From Chitinophaga pinensis (lineage in GTDB: Bacteria; Bacteroidota; Bacteroidia; Chitinophagales; CAMDFR01), in NCBI GenBank assembly GCA_945860705.1, contig CAMART010000009.1, forward strand, positions 38,248 through 102,247: a stretch of 64,000 nucleotides of DNA. Reading direction: 5' to 3'. The notes beneath the pieces were generated by a model that had not been told where the DNA came from, made no database searches, and saw nothing but the letters and a program-made list of their open reading frames with translations. Both the position numbers and the translations under genes were made by a program. Shown one piece after another: positions 1 to 9,376 of the stretch. Position 1 is the first letter of the stretch. Every line of letters begins with the position of its first letter.

Positions 1-426
1 TGTTGCACTTGGTATAGTAGGAGTGATAGCATATGGGCATAAAGCACCAGCAGTAGATACATCAAATGATACAATTCCATTTGAGCCTATAAGTAAACTA
101 TTGTAGCTTCTTCCAAAGAAACAAAAGCTGAAAGGTATACTAATATTTGCACTCCATACATCATCGGTACTTATAGGTACAGTAGTACCTGTAAAAGTGG
201 TAAAACTAAATGGGATACTAGATACACCATATGTGTTTGTTGCTATTGTACCTTGACCATTGAATGTAGCAGACATACTAGCTGTTCCGCCCCCACATCC
301 CAAATCTATAGAAGTGCTACCTGGAGGAGCACTAGCATCTGAGAATATAGGAGTAACACATGACTGTGCATATATACTGCTATAAGCTATAGTTAAAAAT
401 ATTATTAAAAAGTAGATTTGTTTCAT
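1..426 (-). CDS. secreted protein, N-terminal part (gene runs off the window start)
   Basis: The minus-strand frame is open from ATG at 426 to position 1 (142 codons). It begins MKQIYFLIIFLTIAYSSIYAQ, a signal peptide, followed by Gly/Thr/Ser-rich sequence. It is missing from the ORF track because it is truncated. Confidence 0.6.
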   Translation of the reverse strand, partial: MKQIYFLIIFLTIAYSSIYAQSCVTPIFSDASAPPGSTSIDLGCGGGTASMSATFNGQGTIATNTYGVSSIPFSFTTFTGTTVPISTDDVWSANISIPFSFCFFGRSYNSLLIGSNGIVSFDVSTAGALCPYAITPTIPSAT

Positions 427-725
427 TTTATATTGTTTAAAATGTTAAAAGAAAATTTTTTATAGTAGATCTGTTTCATTTTGTTTTTGTTTAATGGTTT
501 ACTAAGGAGATTTAATATCATAAATAAATGTTTGTCTATATAGCTTTTATATATAGTTTAATTTGTTATGATAAGTTCGTTGATTTTATCAAATACATAT
601 TATATATACCTTTATAATATAAATTATATTATGGCAGATTGTATGTAATATGATTTTTAGATTAGATGTAGATTTGCTTCATGCATATTTTTTAGTGGTT
701 AATAAATAATTTACAACATAAATGT

Positions 726-758
726 AAAAAGGATATTTGGTATTTCCAAATATCCTTT
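726..758 (-). terminator. intrinsic terminator downstream of ssb
   Basis: Perfect 13-bp stem AAAGGATATTTGG / CCAAATATCCTTT (728-740 and 746-758) with a 5-nt loop. A T-rich run follows on the minus strand, 24 nt after the ssb stop. Confidence 0.5.
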
Positions 759-781
759 CATTTTTAATTATTTATACATAT

Positions 782-1117
782 CTAATTTTTTGGCATTAGC
801 AACATTTCATTCATTTGTATTTCAATAATGTATTTTTTATTGCCATCTTTATCAGTATAGTTTCTGTTGATGAGCTTACCTTCTATAGCTACATCTTTAC
901 CTTTTTCAAGATACTTTTCTACCATGTCTGCATTTTTCCCCCATGCTACTATATTATGCCATTGAGTATCTGTTATTTTTTCTCCTTTCGAGTTTCTATA
1001 TACTTCATTCGTAGCTATGCTAAATCTTGCTAGTTTTTTATTACTTTCTAAAGATTTGATTTCTGGGTTAGCGCCTAATTTACCTATTAATTGTACTCTG
1101 TTTCTTAATGTGTTCAT
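782..1117 (-). CDS. ssb: single-stranded DNA-binding protein (short form, 111 aa)
   Basis: OB-fold SSB pattern: NRVQLIGKLGANPE...RFSIATNE...TQWHNIVAWGK.AD...YL.KG..V.IEGKL. Confidence 0.85.
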   Translation of the reverse strand: MNTLRNRVQLIGKLGANPEIKSLESNKKLARFSIATNEVYRNSKGEKITDTQWHNIVAWGKNADMVEKYLEKGKDVAIEGKLINRNYTDKDGNKKYIIEIQMNEMLLMPKN

Positions 1118-1631
1118 TTTTTTTAAGATTTTAATTGTTTACGTTATAAATTATTTTTTGTCAAATCAATTTATTTTTTTGCGCAAAATGTTTGTTTGAA
1201 TAATTGACGATGCAAAGATGTGGTCATAAAAAACTGCTAGTCGGTTATTAGTCATTTATAGTCGTTATTATATATTTGTAGTCGTTTGTAAGCATATTAT
1301 ATGTTTGATTTATAAATAGTTAGTATAAATAGTTACTTATTTATACTTTTTGAAAAAATTCAATATAAAATGAATTTACCTTAAATTACAAGTCTTTAAT
1401 TCTTATTTTAAATAGATTATATTGCAGAAATATAGGTTGATTTTTATATAATAAATTATTTATATGAAAATGATGTTAGTCTGAATTGGTATAAATAAAA
1501 TAACATATTCATAAAACTGCTTTATTCTTAAAATTTATTGTTTAACAAAAATCATCTGTGTAATTTTTTTAATTAAAATATAGCTATAAATTATTTAAAG
1601 GTTTTATAAAAATTATCCATAAATTTATTAC

Positions 1632-2348
1632 ATGAAATATTTTAGTTTTTTATTGATTTTTTTTAGTGCAATAATTCTTACAACATCTTGTAATAATAAA
1701 GAACAAATAAAAGTTGATTTAGGATATGATTATTATCCATTGACTACAGGACATTATATTACTTATAAAGTTGATTCTTTTTATTTTTCAGATGGAAGTT
1801 ATCCTATTATTACAATAGATACAGTTAGTTATCAAATCAAAGAAATGATAGATACCATATTTAAAGACAATGAAAATAGAGATGCATACCGTATAGTAAG
1901 ATATAGAAGGCCTGATGCATCTAGCAACTGGGAGATAGATAGAATATGGAGTGCAGTAAGAAATACTACTAATTTGGTGAAAAATGAAGACGATTTACAT
2001 TTTATTAAATTAACTTTTCCGATTAGCAATGATATTACGTGGTCTGGAAATAGCCTCATAGTAACAGATGGAGATAATGCATATCTAAAAGATTGGCAAT
2101 ATAAATATGAAAATATAAATCAAGTTTTAAGTTTTGGTACATTATTGTTTGATTCGTGTGTCACAGTAAATCAGCTTGATGAGGAAAATTTAATTGAGAA
2201 AAAATATAGTATCGAGCAATACTCAAAAGGTGTAGGAATGGTTTTTAAAGAAGAAAAATTTTTAGGTAAACAAAGAAATTTATCGAGTGGGTGGGATTTT
2301 CCTGAAACCGGTATTTGGGTGAGATATAAAATTATAGATCATAATTAA
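1632..2348 (+). CDS. hypothetical lipoprotein
   Basis: Signal peptide with lipobox-like LTTSC. No recognisable catalytic motif. Tightly linked to the next gene (6-nt gap). Confidence 0.55.
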   Translation: MKYFSFLLIFFSAIILTTSCNNKEQIKVDLGYDYYPLTTGHYITYKVDSFYFSDGSYPIITIDTVSYQIKEMIDTIFKDNENRDAYRIVRYRRPDASSNWEIDRIWSAVRNTTNLVKNEDDLHFIKLTFPISNDITWSGNSLIVTDGDNAYLKDWQYKYENINQVLSFGTLLFDSCVTVNQLDEENLIEKKYSIEQYSKGVGMVFKEEKFLGKQRNLSSGWDFPETGIWVRYKIIDHN

Positions 2349-2354
2349 TCAACT

Positions 2355-4004
2355 ATGAAGAGAATATATTTTTTAGCATTTTTTATTATACTATATATTT
2401 CAAGCTATTCACAACAAAAATTTTGGGTCACTTTTAAAGATAAAAATCAGTCTAACTTTTCTTTAGATAAACCAGAAGAATTTCTTTCTCCAAAGTCCGT
2501 AGAACGAAGGTTTAGACAAGGAATACCAATTGTAGAGAATGATTTACCTATAAGTGAGACTTATATAAACGAAATTAAAAATATTGCACCAAATATTATT
2601 CATGCTTCTAAATGGCTCAATGCAATTTCTGTAGAATTAAAAAGCAAAGAACAATATGATGCTATAAAAAATTTACCTTTTGTAAAAAATATCAGTATTG
2701 TAAATACATATAAAAACTTAGATAAGTCTACAATTGCTTCTAAGGACGAACCTATAATCACTATTGGAGCTCCTACTTTTGATGCAAATAAATATGGACA
2801 GGGACACAATCAAATAAAGATGATATCAATCGATACTTTACATGCATTGGGTTATACTGGCAAAGGTATGGATATAGCAGTTTTTGATGCAGGATTTATC
2901 AATGCAGATAAACTTGATTTTTTTGATATAGCTAGAAATGATGAACGAATCGTTCCCGTTTGGAATTTTGTAGATAATAATAATAGAGTATATATCAGAA
3001 GTGGACATGGTATGAATGTATTGAGTGTGATGTGTGCCAATATTCCAAATACATTTATAGGCGCTGCACCTGATGCAAAATATTATTTGTTTATCACTGA
3101 AGATTCATATAGCGAAACAATTGTAGAAGAAGATAATTGGGTAGCAGCAGCTGAAAAAGCAGATAGTATAGGAGTAGATATTTTTAATACATCACTTGGA
3201 TATACACAATATGACGATACCTCTACTAGTCATACTTATGGTTCTATGAATGGCGATAGTACTACTATCACACGTGCAGCAAATATTGCAGCAAGCAAAG
3301 GAATATTAGTAGTAAATAGTGCTGGTAATGAAGGCAATAGTTCTTGGCGATATATATCTGCTCCAGCCGATGGAGATAGTGTTTTTACTATTGGTGCTGT
3401 AAATGAAAATGGATTACTAGCAGGATTTAGTTCTAGAGGTCCGAATAGTAGCGGTCATCTAAAACCAAATGTGTGTGGACAAGGAGCAAATATAATTGTT
3501 GCGAGTAATAATAATAGTGTAGTTGCAAGAAGTAATGGCACCTCTTTTTCAAGTCCATTGATTGCAGCGTCGAGTGCTTGTTTGTGGCAGGCTTTTCCAA
3601 ATAAAACTAGTTCGCAGATTTTTCATGAGATAGAAAAATCAGCACATCTTTATACAAATCCAAATTATGATTATGGTTTTGGGATACCAAATTTTTATAA
3701 AGCATATAAAAAAATGGAGTTAGAATATAATCAGCAAAACCCTACTACTTCATTACCAAAAGTATATCCCAATCCATTTAGAAATGGATTTACTATATTA
3801 TGGAATAGTACTAGTGAAAGTCCATTAAGTATTCGTATTTTCAATTCCATAGGTCAATCGATTTCTGATGAAACTATACAAGTACCTGCAAATCAATTTT
3901 CAAGAATTTATATAAATAATATAGCAGAAAAAGATGCAGGGCATTATACACTACAAATTCTTCAAGACAAAAAAAGTTATACATATCCTTTAATCAAATA
4001 CTAA
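2355..4004 (+). CDS. S8 (subtilisin) family peptidase with T9SS type-A C-terminal sorting domain
   Basis: Catalytic triad contexts VFDAGF (Asp), SGHGMNV (His) and GTSFSSPL (Ser). C-terminal VYPNPF...ILW segment typical of Por secretion tails. Confidence 0.85.
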   Translation: MKRIYFLAFFIILYISSYSQQKFWVTFKDKNQSNFSLDKPEEFLSPKSVERRFRQGIPIVENDLPISETYINEIKNIAPNIIHASKWLNAISVELKSKEQYDAIKNLPFVKNISIVNTYKNLDKSTIASKDEPIITIGAPTFDANKYGQGHNQIKMISIDTLHALGYTGKGMDIAVFDAGFINADKLDFFDIARNDERIVPVWNFVDNNNRVYIRSGHGMNVLSVMCANIPNTFIGAAPDAKYYLFITEDSYSETIVEEDNWVAAAEKADSIGVDIFNTSLGYTQYDDTSTSHTYGSMNGDSTTITRAANIAASKGILVVNSAGNEGNSSWRYISAPADGDSVFTIGAVNENGLLAGFSSRGPNSSGHLKPNVCGQGANIIVASNNNSVVARSNGTSFSSPLIAASSACLWQAFPNKTSSQIFHEIEKSAHLYTNPNYDYGFGIPNFYKAYKKMELEYNQQNPTTSLPKVYPNPFRNGFTILWNSTSESPLSIRIFNSIGQSISDETIQVPANQFSRIYINNIAEKDAGHYTLQILQDKKSYTYPLIKY

Positions 4005-4012
4005 TCAACTAT

Positions 4013-4450
4013 ATGAATTCTCCATATATAAAAACACTTAGAGTTATACATTTAGCATTATTTACTGGATGTTTATTGTTTTTAATTGTTGGATATTTTA
4101 TAAAAAAAGAATCATTATTTTTTGATACGAGTTTTTCAGATCCATTGAGTTTACTAGGGGTTGTTTCCTTAGCTCTTATTTTTGTTTCTTCATTTATATA
4201 TATGCAAAGACTCAAAACTATGAATGAAAACGATAGTATAGACATTAAAAAACAAAAATATCAAGCTGCATATATATTACTTTTAGCTCTAATAGAAGGT
4301 CCTGCATTATTTAATATAGTAATATTTCTTACTACAAATAATGCCATTCATTTGGTGATAGCTTCTATATTTATTCTCAATTTATTATCAAAAATGCCTA
4401 ATAAAATACATATCTCACAAGTCACCAATATACCAATAGATGAACTTTAA
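4013..4450 (+). CDS. hypothetical integral membrane protein
   Basis: Four hydrophobic segments. The start is 8 nt after the peptidase stop and shares the TAATCAACTAT junction motif. Confidence 0.5.
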   Translation: MNSPYIKTLRVIHLALFTGCLLFLIVGYFIKKESLFFDTSFSDPLSLLGVVSLALIFVSSFIYMQRLKTMNENDSIDIKKQKYQAAYILLLALIEGPALFNIVIFLTTNNAIHLVIASIFILNLLSKMPNKIHISQVTNIPIDEL

Positions 4451-4521
4451 AATTTTACAATTCTCTGACACAAGTTTAATTTATTCTACTTAATATTGAG
4501 ATATAAACCCAACACAAAATT

Positions 4522-5220
4522 ATGGACGTAAGAATACTACTCGCTGAAGATGAAGAACATCTATTAGAAGCAATAAAACTCAACCTCGAAATGGAAGGTT
4601 ATGAAGTGGTGACAGCTAAAGATGGTAATGAAGCTATTAAAAAATTTGAGAAACAACGATTCAATTTAGCTATACTAGATGTGATGATGCCTGAAATGAA
4701 TGGTACCGAAGTTTGCCAGCACATACGTATCACTGATATGGAAATACCTATATTATTTCTTACTGCTAAAGATAGTAGCCAAGATAAAGTACTAGGTTTA
4801 AAAGTAGGAGCAGATGATTATATTACTAAACCATTTAATCTAGAGGAACTTTTATTGAGAGTTCGGGTACTTGTTAAACATAGTCTTAAAGGCACTAAAC
4901 AAGAACAAGATTTAAAAACATATAAGTTCGGAAGTAATACTGTAAACTTTGTGACCTATGAAGCAAAAGGTTACGATGGAGTGATGCATCATCTTACAAA
5001 AAAAGAAGTGATGCTTTTGAAATTATTAATAGATAGAAAAGATGAAGTAGTCTCAAGAAATGATATTCTACAGCATGTTTGGGGATACGATGTATATCCA
5101 AGTACCAGAACTATCGATAATTTTATTTTAGCTTTTAGAAGATATTTTGAGCCAGATCCAAAAGAACCCAAGTATTTTCAAAGTATCAGAAGTGTAGGTT
5201 ATAAGTTTGAATGCAATTAG
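4522..5220 (+). CDS. OmpR/PhoB-family response regulator (receiver plus winged-helix domains)
   Basis: Receiver motifs LLAEDEE, ILDVMMP and LTAKD.....G...GADDYITKPF. C-terminal winged helix LT.KE..LL..L.......SR..IL..VWG. Confidence 0.85.
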   Translation: MDVRILLAEDEEHLLEAIKLNLEMEGYEVVTAKDGNEAIKKFEKQRFNLAILDVMMPEMNGTEVCQHIRITDMEIPILFLTAKDSSQDKVLGLKVGADDYITKPFNLEELLLRVRVLVKHSLKGTKQEQDLKTYKFGSNTVNFVTYEAKGYDGVMHHLTKKEVMLLKLLIDRKDEVVSRNDILQHVWGYDVYPSTRTIDNFILAFRRYFEPDPKEPKYFQSIRSVGYKFECN

Positions 5221-5234
5221 TTTTATATTTAAAC

Positions 5235-6128
5235 ATGAATATAAAATTATTATCAAAGATTATATGTATAATTATTATTTGCATTTTCAATTCAAATCAT
5301 AGTCTTGCACAAAACCCAAGTTCACCTAAACAAATATCTATTCTTTCTTGGAATATGTATCTACTGCCAGCTATTGCACCTGTAAAAGGAAGAATAACTA
5401 GAGCATCGCTTATAGCTAATGAATTGAATAATTCTGGATATGATATACTCTGTTTACAAGAAGCATTTCATCATAAAGCCGTAGCTATATTACAAAAAGA
5501 ATTAAAAACTATTTATCCATATCAATATGGTCCTATATATGATAGTAAAAATAAATTTGAAACGAATAGTGGTTTATTGATATGCAGTAAAACACCATTT
5601 TTAATAATAGATTCTATATTGTATAGAGATGCCAATGGAATAGATGCAAAAGCTAAAAAAGCTGCTGTTTTATTTCAAGCGACAATTAACGGTAAAAATT
5701 TTCAAGTGATACTTTCGCATATGCAATCTGGAAAATTTAGTGCTACCAGACGAAAACAATTTGATCAAATAAAAACTGAACTTATAGATAAATATACTAA
5801 AAATGACATGCCTCTATTTATATGTGGAGACTTGAATACAGACAGAGATACGGTAGTAGAATATGAGTATATGTTACATTCCTTAGATGCGAAAAATCAT
5901 ATATTGTCAGGCGAAAAACAATATTCATACGATGGGAAAACGAATACTATTGCTAGACATTTATGGAAAGAAGCCAGCACTAATTTAGACTATATATTAT
6001 TAAAAAATAATAATGCACCAATAAAAATAATTTCACAAAAAATAGTAGCTTATAAAAAACAGTGGTGTAAAAAATATACAGATTTATCTGACCACTATGG
6101 TGTAGAATGTATATTTGAGTTGTACTAA
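5235..6128 (+). CDS. endonuclease/exonuclease/phosphatase (EEP) family protein, sphingomyelinase-like, secreted
   Basis: EEP motifs SWNMY, LCLQEAF, CGDLNTD and SDHYGV, with a signal peptide. I prefer the ATG at 5235 (MNIKLL) over the track start at 5211. Confidence 0.75.
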   Translation: MNIKLLSKIICIIIICIFNSNHSLAQNPSSPKQISILSWNMYLLPAIAPVKGRITRASLIANELNNSGYDILCLQEAFHHKAVAILQKELKTIYPYQYGPIYDSKNKFETNSGLLICSKTPFLIIDSILYRDANGIDAKAKKAAVLFQATINGKNFQVILSHMQSGKFSATRRKQFDQIKTELIDKYTKNDMPLFICGDLNTDRDTVVEYEYMLHSLDAKNHILSGEKQYSYDGKTNTIARHLWKEASTNLDYILLKNNNAPIKIISQKIVAYKKQWCKKYTDLSDHYGVECIFELY

Positions 6129-6131
6129 TTC

Positions 6132-6722
6132 TTATTGTTGAGCTAGTAAACTATTTACCTCTAGAGAAATTTCTTCTGCTTTACCATTTGTATAAATGTT
6201 TGTAGAAATTTTCCATTTATTTTTATCTTCTTCATTAAATAAATCTAAAAATTCCCACTCATAAGGGGCATCATATAATGCACCAAGTACAGATATGATT
6301 GTAAAAATAGATTCTCCTTTATGGTCTATAAAAGTTAGACAAAGTTCTTTCATTTTTACACCTCGCTGACCAGTTTCTCTATAGTACCATTGTTTGCTCA
6401 TCGTAAAAGGAGAGGAGAGTATAAGAGGAGTTGTGAGTTGCGTATCTTTTATTTCTATAGTTACTTTGTCAGCTATTTTTCCTATCTCTAGTTTTATTAG
6501 GCTTTTGAAATATATATACAAACTAACCCCAGTAGAAATAATAATAGCAATAAAAAAATATATGTTAGTCCCTTTAAGTTCTTCAGGAAGTTTTCTTTCA
6601 CCAGCCATAAAATTGATAATAATTATTATCAAACATAGAACAGGAATCACCATCAAAAAACCTAAAATATTTGATTTATTTCTTCTATGGACATTGCATG
6701 AGTATATAGATTCAGAATTCAT
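6132..6722 (-). CDS. hypothetical membrane protein
   Basis: Two N-terminal transmembrane segments followed by a soluble domain. No recognised motif. Confidence 0.45.
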   Translation of the reverse strand: MNSESIYSCNVHRRNKSNILGFLMVIPVLCLIIIIINFMAGERKLPEELKGTNIYFFIAIIISTGVSLYIYFKSLIKLEIGKIADKVTIEIKDTQLTTPLILSSPFTMSKQWYYRETGQRGVKMKELCLTFIDHKGESIFTIISVLGALYDAPYEWEFLDLFNEEDKNKWKISTNIYTNGKAEEISLEVNSLLAQQ

Positions 6723-6751
6723 GGATTAAAATTTATAAAACAAATATAAAA

Positions 6752-6783
6752 CAAAAAAGCCTTGCTGAATATTCAACAAGACT
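6752..6783 (-). terminator. intrinsic terminator after the acyl-CoA dehydrogenase gene
   Basis: On the minus strand, AGUCUUGUUGAA-UA-UUCAGCAAGGCU forms 12 pairs including two G-U. It is followed by UUUUUU and lies 27 nt after the stop at 6810. Confidence 0.5.
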
Positions 6784-6809
6784 TTTAAAACCAAACAAAT
6801 TTTAAACTA

Positions 6810-8609
6810 CTAAAAACAGAATTCGTTAGCTACTATCATTTTTTCTGCAATTCTTTTTCTTGTAGCCACAGTATTAATATTATCATATTTTGTAAAACGT
6901 TTTAAACCCATCAACATCATACGGAGTTCATCGCCTTCTGCATAACCACAAATAGCGTGTTTGCCATTGATGTTTACTCGCTCCATAGCATCACTGATAA
7001 ATGTTTTAGTGATATCTATAAATACAGAACATGCTTCAGCACCTTTTAGATTTACCATTTTTTCAGTACGAAGTATAGCAGACTCCATAGCATAGATATC
7101 TATCATTACATCTGCTGCATACATCAATATCTCTTGTTGCTTTTCTAGATCCATCATAAATTTTTGAACAGCACTACCTGCTACCATCAAAAATCCTTTC
7201 TTTGCATTCACTACTGCTTTTTTCTCAGCATAAAAAATATCTTCGCTTTCTACCATACTAAAATCTGGAATACTCATCAATTCTTTTTGAATAGCCATAG
7301 CTGGACCCAATAAATCTAATTGACCTTTCATTGCTTTTTTGACAAGCATACCTACGGCAAGCAATCTATTGATTTCATTGGTGCCTTCAAAAATTCTATT
7401 GATTCTACTATCTCTGTATGCTCTTGCTAGAGGTGCTTCCTCGCTAAAGCCCATACCACCATATATTTGTACACCTTCATCTACTACATAGTCAAGCACT
7501 TCACTACCCAATACTTTTAGTATTGCACATTCTATACTATATTCTTCTGCAGCTTCTAGTTTTGCTTTTACTTTATCCATACCACCTTCTACAAGAGTAT
7601 CTATTTTATCTTTGATCAAGCCAGATACTCTATACGTAGCACTTTCGCAAGCATAAAGTTGAATAGCCATTTCAGAAAGTTTGTGTTGTATAGCTCCAAA
7701 TGATGAAATAGGTACTTTAAATTGTATTCTTTCATTGGCATATTGTATTGCAGTTGTGCATGCTTTTTTAGCACCACCCATTACCATTGCACATAGTTTG
7801 TATCTACCTATATTTAATACATTGAAGGCTATCTTATGACCTTTTCCAATTTCACCCAGTACATTTTCTTTTGGCACAGATACATTTTCAAAAAATATTT
7901 GTCGTGTACTCGACCCTTTGATACCCAATTTATCTTCCTCTGCACCAAGTGTTATACCTGGAGATTTTGCATCTACAATAAAGCCTGTAAATTTATCGCC
8001 ATCTATTTGTGCAAATACAATAAGAATATCTGCAAAACCTGCATTGGTGATCCACATTTTCTGACCATTGATGAGGTAATTATTACCAGATGCATCTAGT
8101 ATAGCTTTTGTTTTGGCTCCTAATGCATCACTTCCAGAACCTGGCTCTGTAAGGCAATATGAGGCTTTCATTTTTCCACTTGCCAAATCGGGTATGTATT
8201 TCGTTTTTTGTTCTTCTGTACCAAAATATAAAATAGGTAAAGTACCAATACCTGTATGTGCTGCTACAGCTACACCAAACGAATGACTTTGTCCTATTTC
8301 TTCGCTGAGTACAGTATCTGTATTAAAATCAAGACCAAGTCCACCATACTCTTCTGGAATACCAGAACCCAAAATACCCAATTCGCCTATTTCTTCTAGT
8401 AATGTAGGTACAAGTGTAGGATCAGTTTGTTTGTCTATTTTTACCACATTTGGCAAAACTCTTGTTGTTACAAAATCTTTTGCAGTTTGTCCAAACATTA
8501 ACTGCTCTTCTGTCAAGTCTTCTCTGGTATAGGTTTCAGAAGCTATAGATTCTTTTACTATAAACTCTCCACCTTTTGATACGCTGTTTTTTTGTGTCGC
8601 TGTGCTCAT
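6810..8609 (-). CDS. acyl-CoA dehydrogenase (long, about 600 aa, FadE-like)
   Basis: ACAD motifs: CLTEPGSGSD, WITNAG, YGGMGF and a R.YRD.RI..I.EGTNEI-like stretch (ARAYRDSRINRIFEGTNEI). Confidence 0.9.
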   Translation of the reverse strand: MSTATQKNSVSKGGEFIVKESIASETYTREDLTEEQLMFGQTAKDFVTTRVLPNVVKIDKQTDPTLVPTLLEEIGELGILGSGIPEEYGGLGLDFNTDTVLSEEIGQSHSFGVAVAAHTGIGTLPILYFGTEEQKTKYIPDLASGKMKASYCLTEPGSGSDALGAKTKAILDASGNNYLINGQKMWITNAGFADILIVFAQIDGDKFTGFIVDAKSPGITLGAEEDKLGIKGSSTRQIFFENVSVPKENVLGEIGKGHKIAFNVLNIGRYKLCAMVMGGAKKACTTAIQYANERIQFKVPISSFGAIQHKLSEMAIQLYACESATYRVSGLIKDKIDTLVEGGMDKVKAKLEAAEEYSIECAILKVLGSEVLDYVVDEGVQIYGGMGFSEEAPLARAYRDSRINRIFEGTNEINRLLAVGMLVKKAMKGQLDLLGPAMAIQKELMSIPDFSMVESEDIFYAEKKAVVNAKKGFLMVAGSAVQKFMMDLEKQQEILMYAADVMIDIYAMESAILRTEKMVNLKGAEACSVFIDITKTFISDAMERVNINGKHAICGYAEGDELRMMLMGLKRFTKYDNINTVATRKRIAEKMIVANEFCF

Positions 8610-8629
8610 TATATTTATTTTATTTTAAA

Positions 8630-8655
8630 TTACCAACCAAACGTTTGTTTGGTAA
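8630..8655. promoter_or_regulatory. candidate operator: 26-bp near-perfect palindrome in a divergent promoter region
   Basis: In TTACCAAcCAAACGTTTGtTTGGTAA, 12 of 13 positions are self-complementary. It lies 21 nt upstream of the acyl-CoA dehydrogenase start codon. Confidence 0.35.
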
Positions 8656-8762
8656 AATTACTCATAATTTTTTAAAAACAAAATATTTTATGATTTTTTA
8701 AAGAATATTTATTGGAATGTATAAACTTGAATTACTTTAGCAATAATTTAAATACTGAATAT

Positions 8763-9332
8763 ATGGATATCAAAGAAGCAATTTTACATAGAAGACTTAT
8801 ATCACCTGATGATTTCAATAGTAAAATTATAGACGATATAACTATAAATGAAATGCTCACTTGTGCAGATTGGGCCCCTACGCATGGCTATACAGAACCA
8901 TGGAGATTTATTATATATACTAAAGATAAAATAGCATCATTTTGTAAAGACCATGCAGATTTATATAAAAAGTATACTGCATCAGAAAAATTTACAGAAG
9001 CGAATTTTAATAAAATAGCAAGCAGAGGAGATTTGGCTTCGCATCTTATAGTTTGTTATAACAAAAGAGGAAGCAACCCAAAAATATCGCAACATGAAGA
9101 AATATGTGCTACTGCTATTGCTATTCAAAATTTATGGCTATATGGAGCTAGTAAAAATGTAGGTTTGTATTGGGGTACAGGGGGCATGGTACATCACATA
9201 TGTATGAAAGAATATTTTTAGCTTGCACCTGAAGATGTGATGATGGGTCTTTTATTTGTAGGGTATACAGACAAAGAATGGCCAAAAGGGAAGAGAGTTA
9301 CCCCTATTGAAGATAAAGTTATTTGGAAATAG
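8763..9332 (+). pseudogene. nitroreductase family protein interrupted by one in-frame TAG (9219-9221)
   Basis: The ORF ends ...GGMVHHICMKEYF at TAG 9219-9221. The same frame continues LAPEDVMMGLLFVGYTDKEWPKGKRVTPIEDKVIWK to TAG 9330-9332, which is the expected nitroreductase C-terminus. Confidence 0.6.
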
Positions 9333-9376
9333 AAATTTATTTCTAAATATTAGAATTTTATTTATTGAAATAGAAA

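Noticed and set aside
8712-9332. TAG reassigned as a sense codon (alternative genetic code) to explain the interrupted nitroreductase.
   Set aside because: TAG clearly terminates several well-supported genes here, for example at 25864-66, 34774-76, 41554-56 and the pgk stop at 35890-92. A nonsense mutation, a sequencing error or local read-through is more likely.
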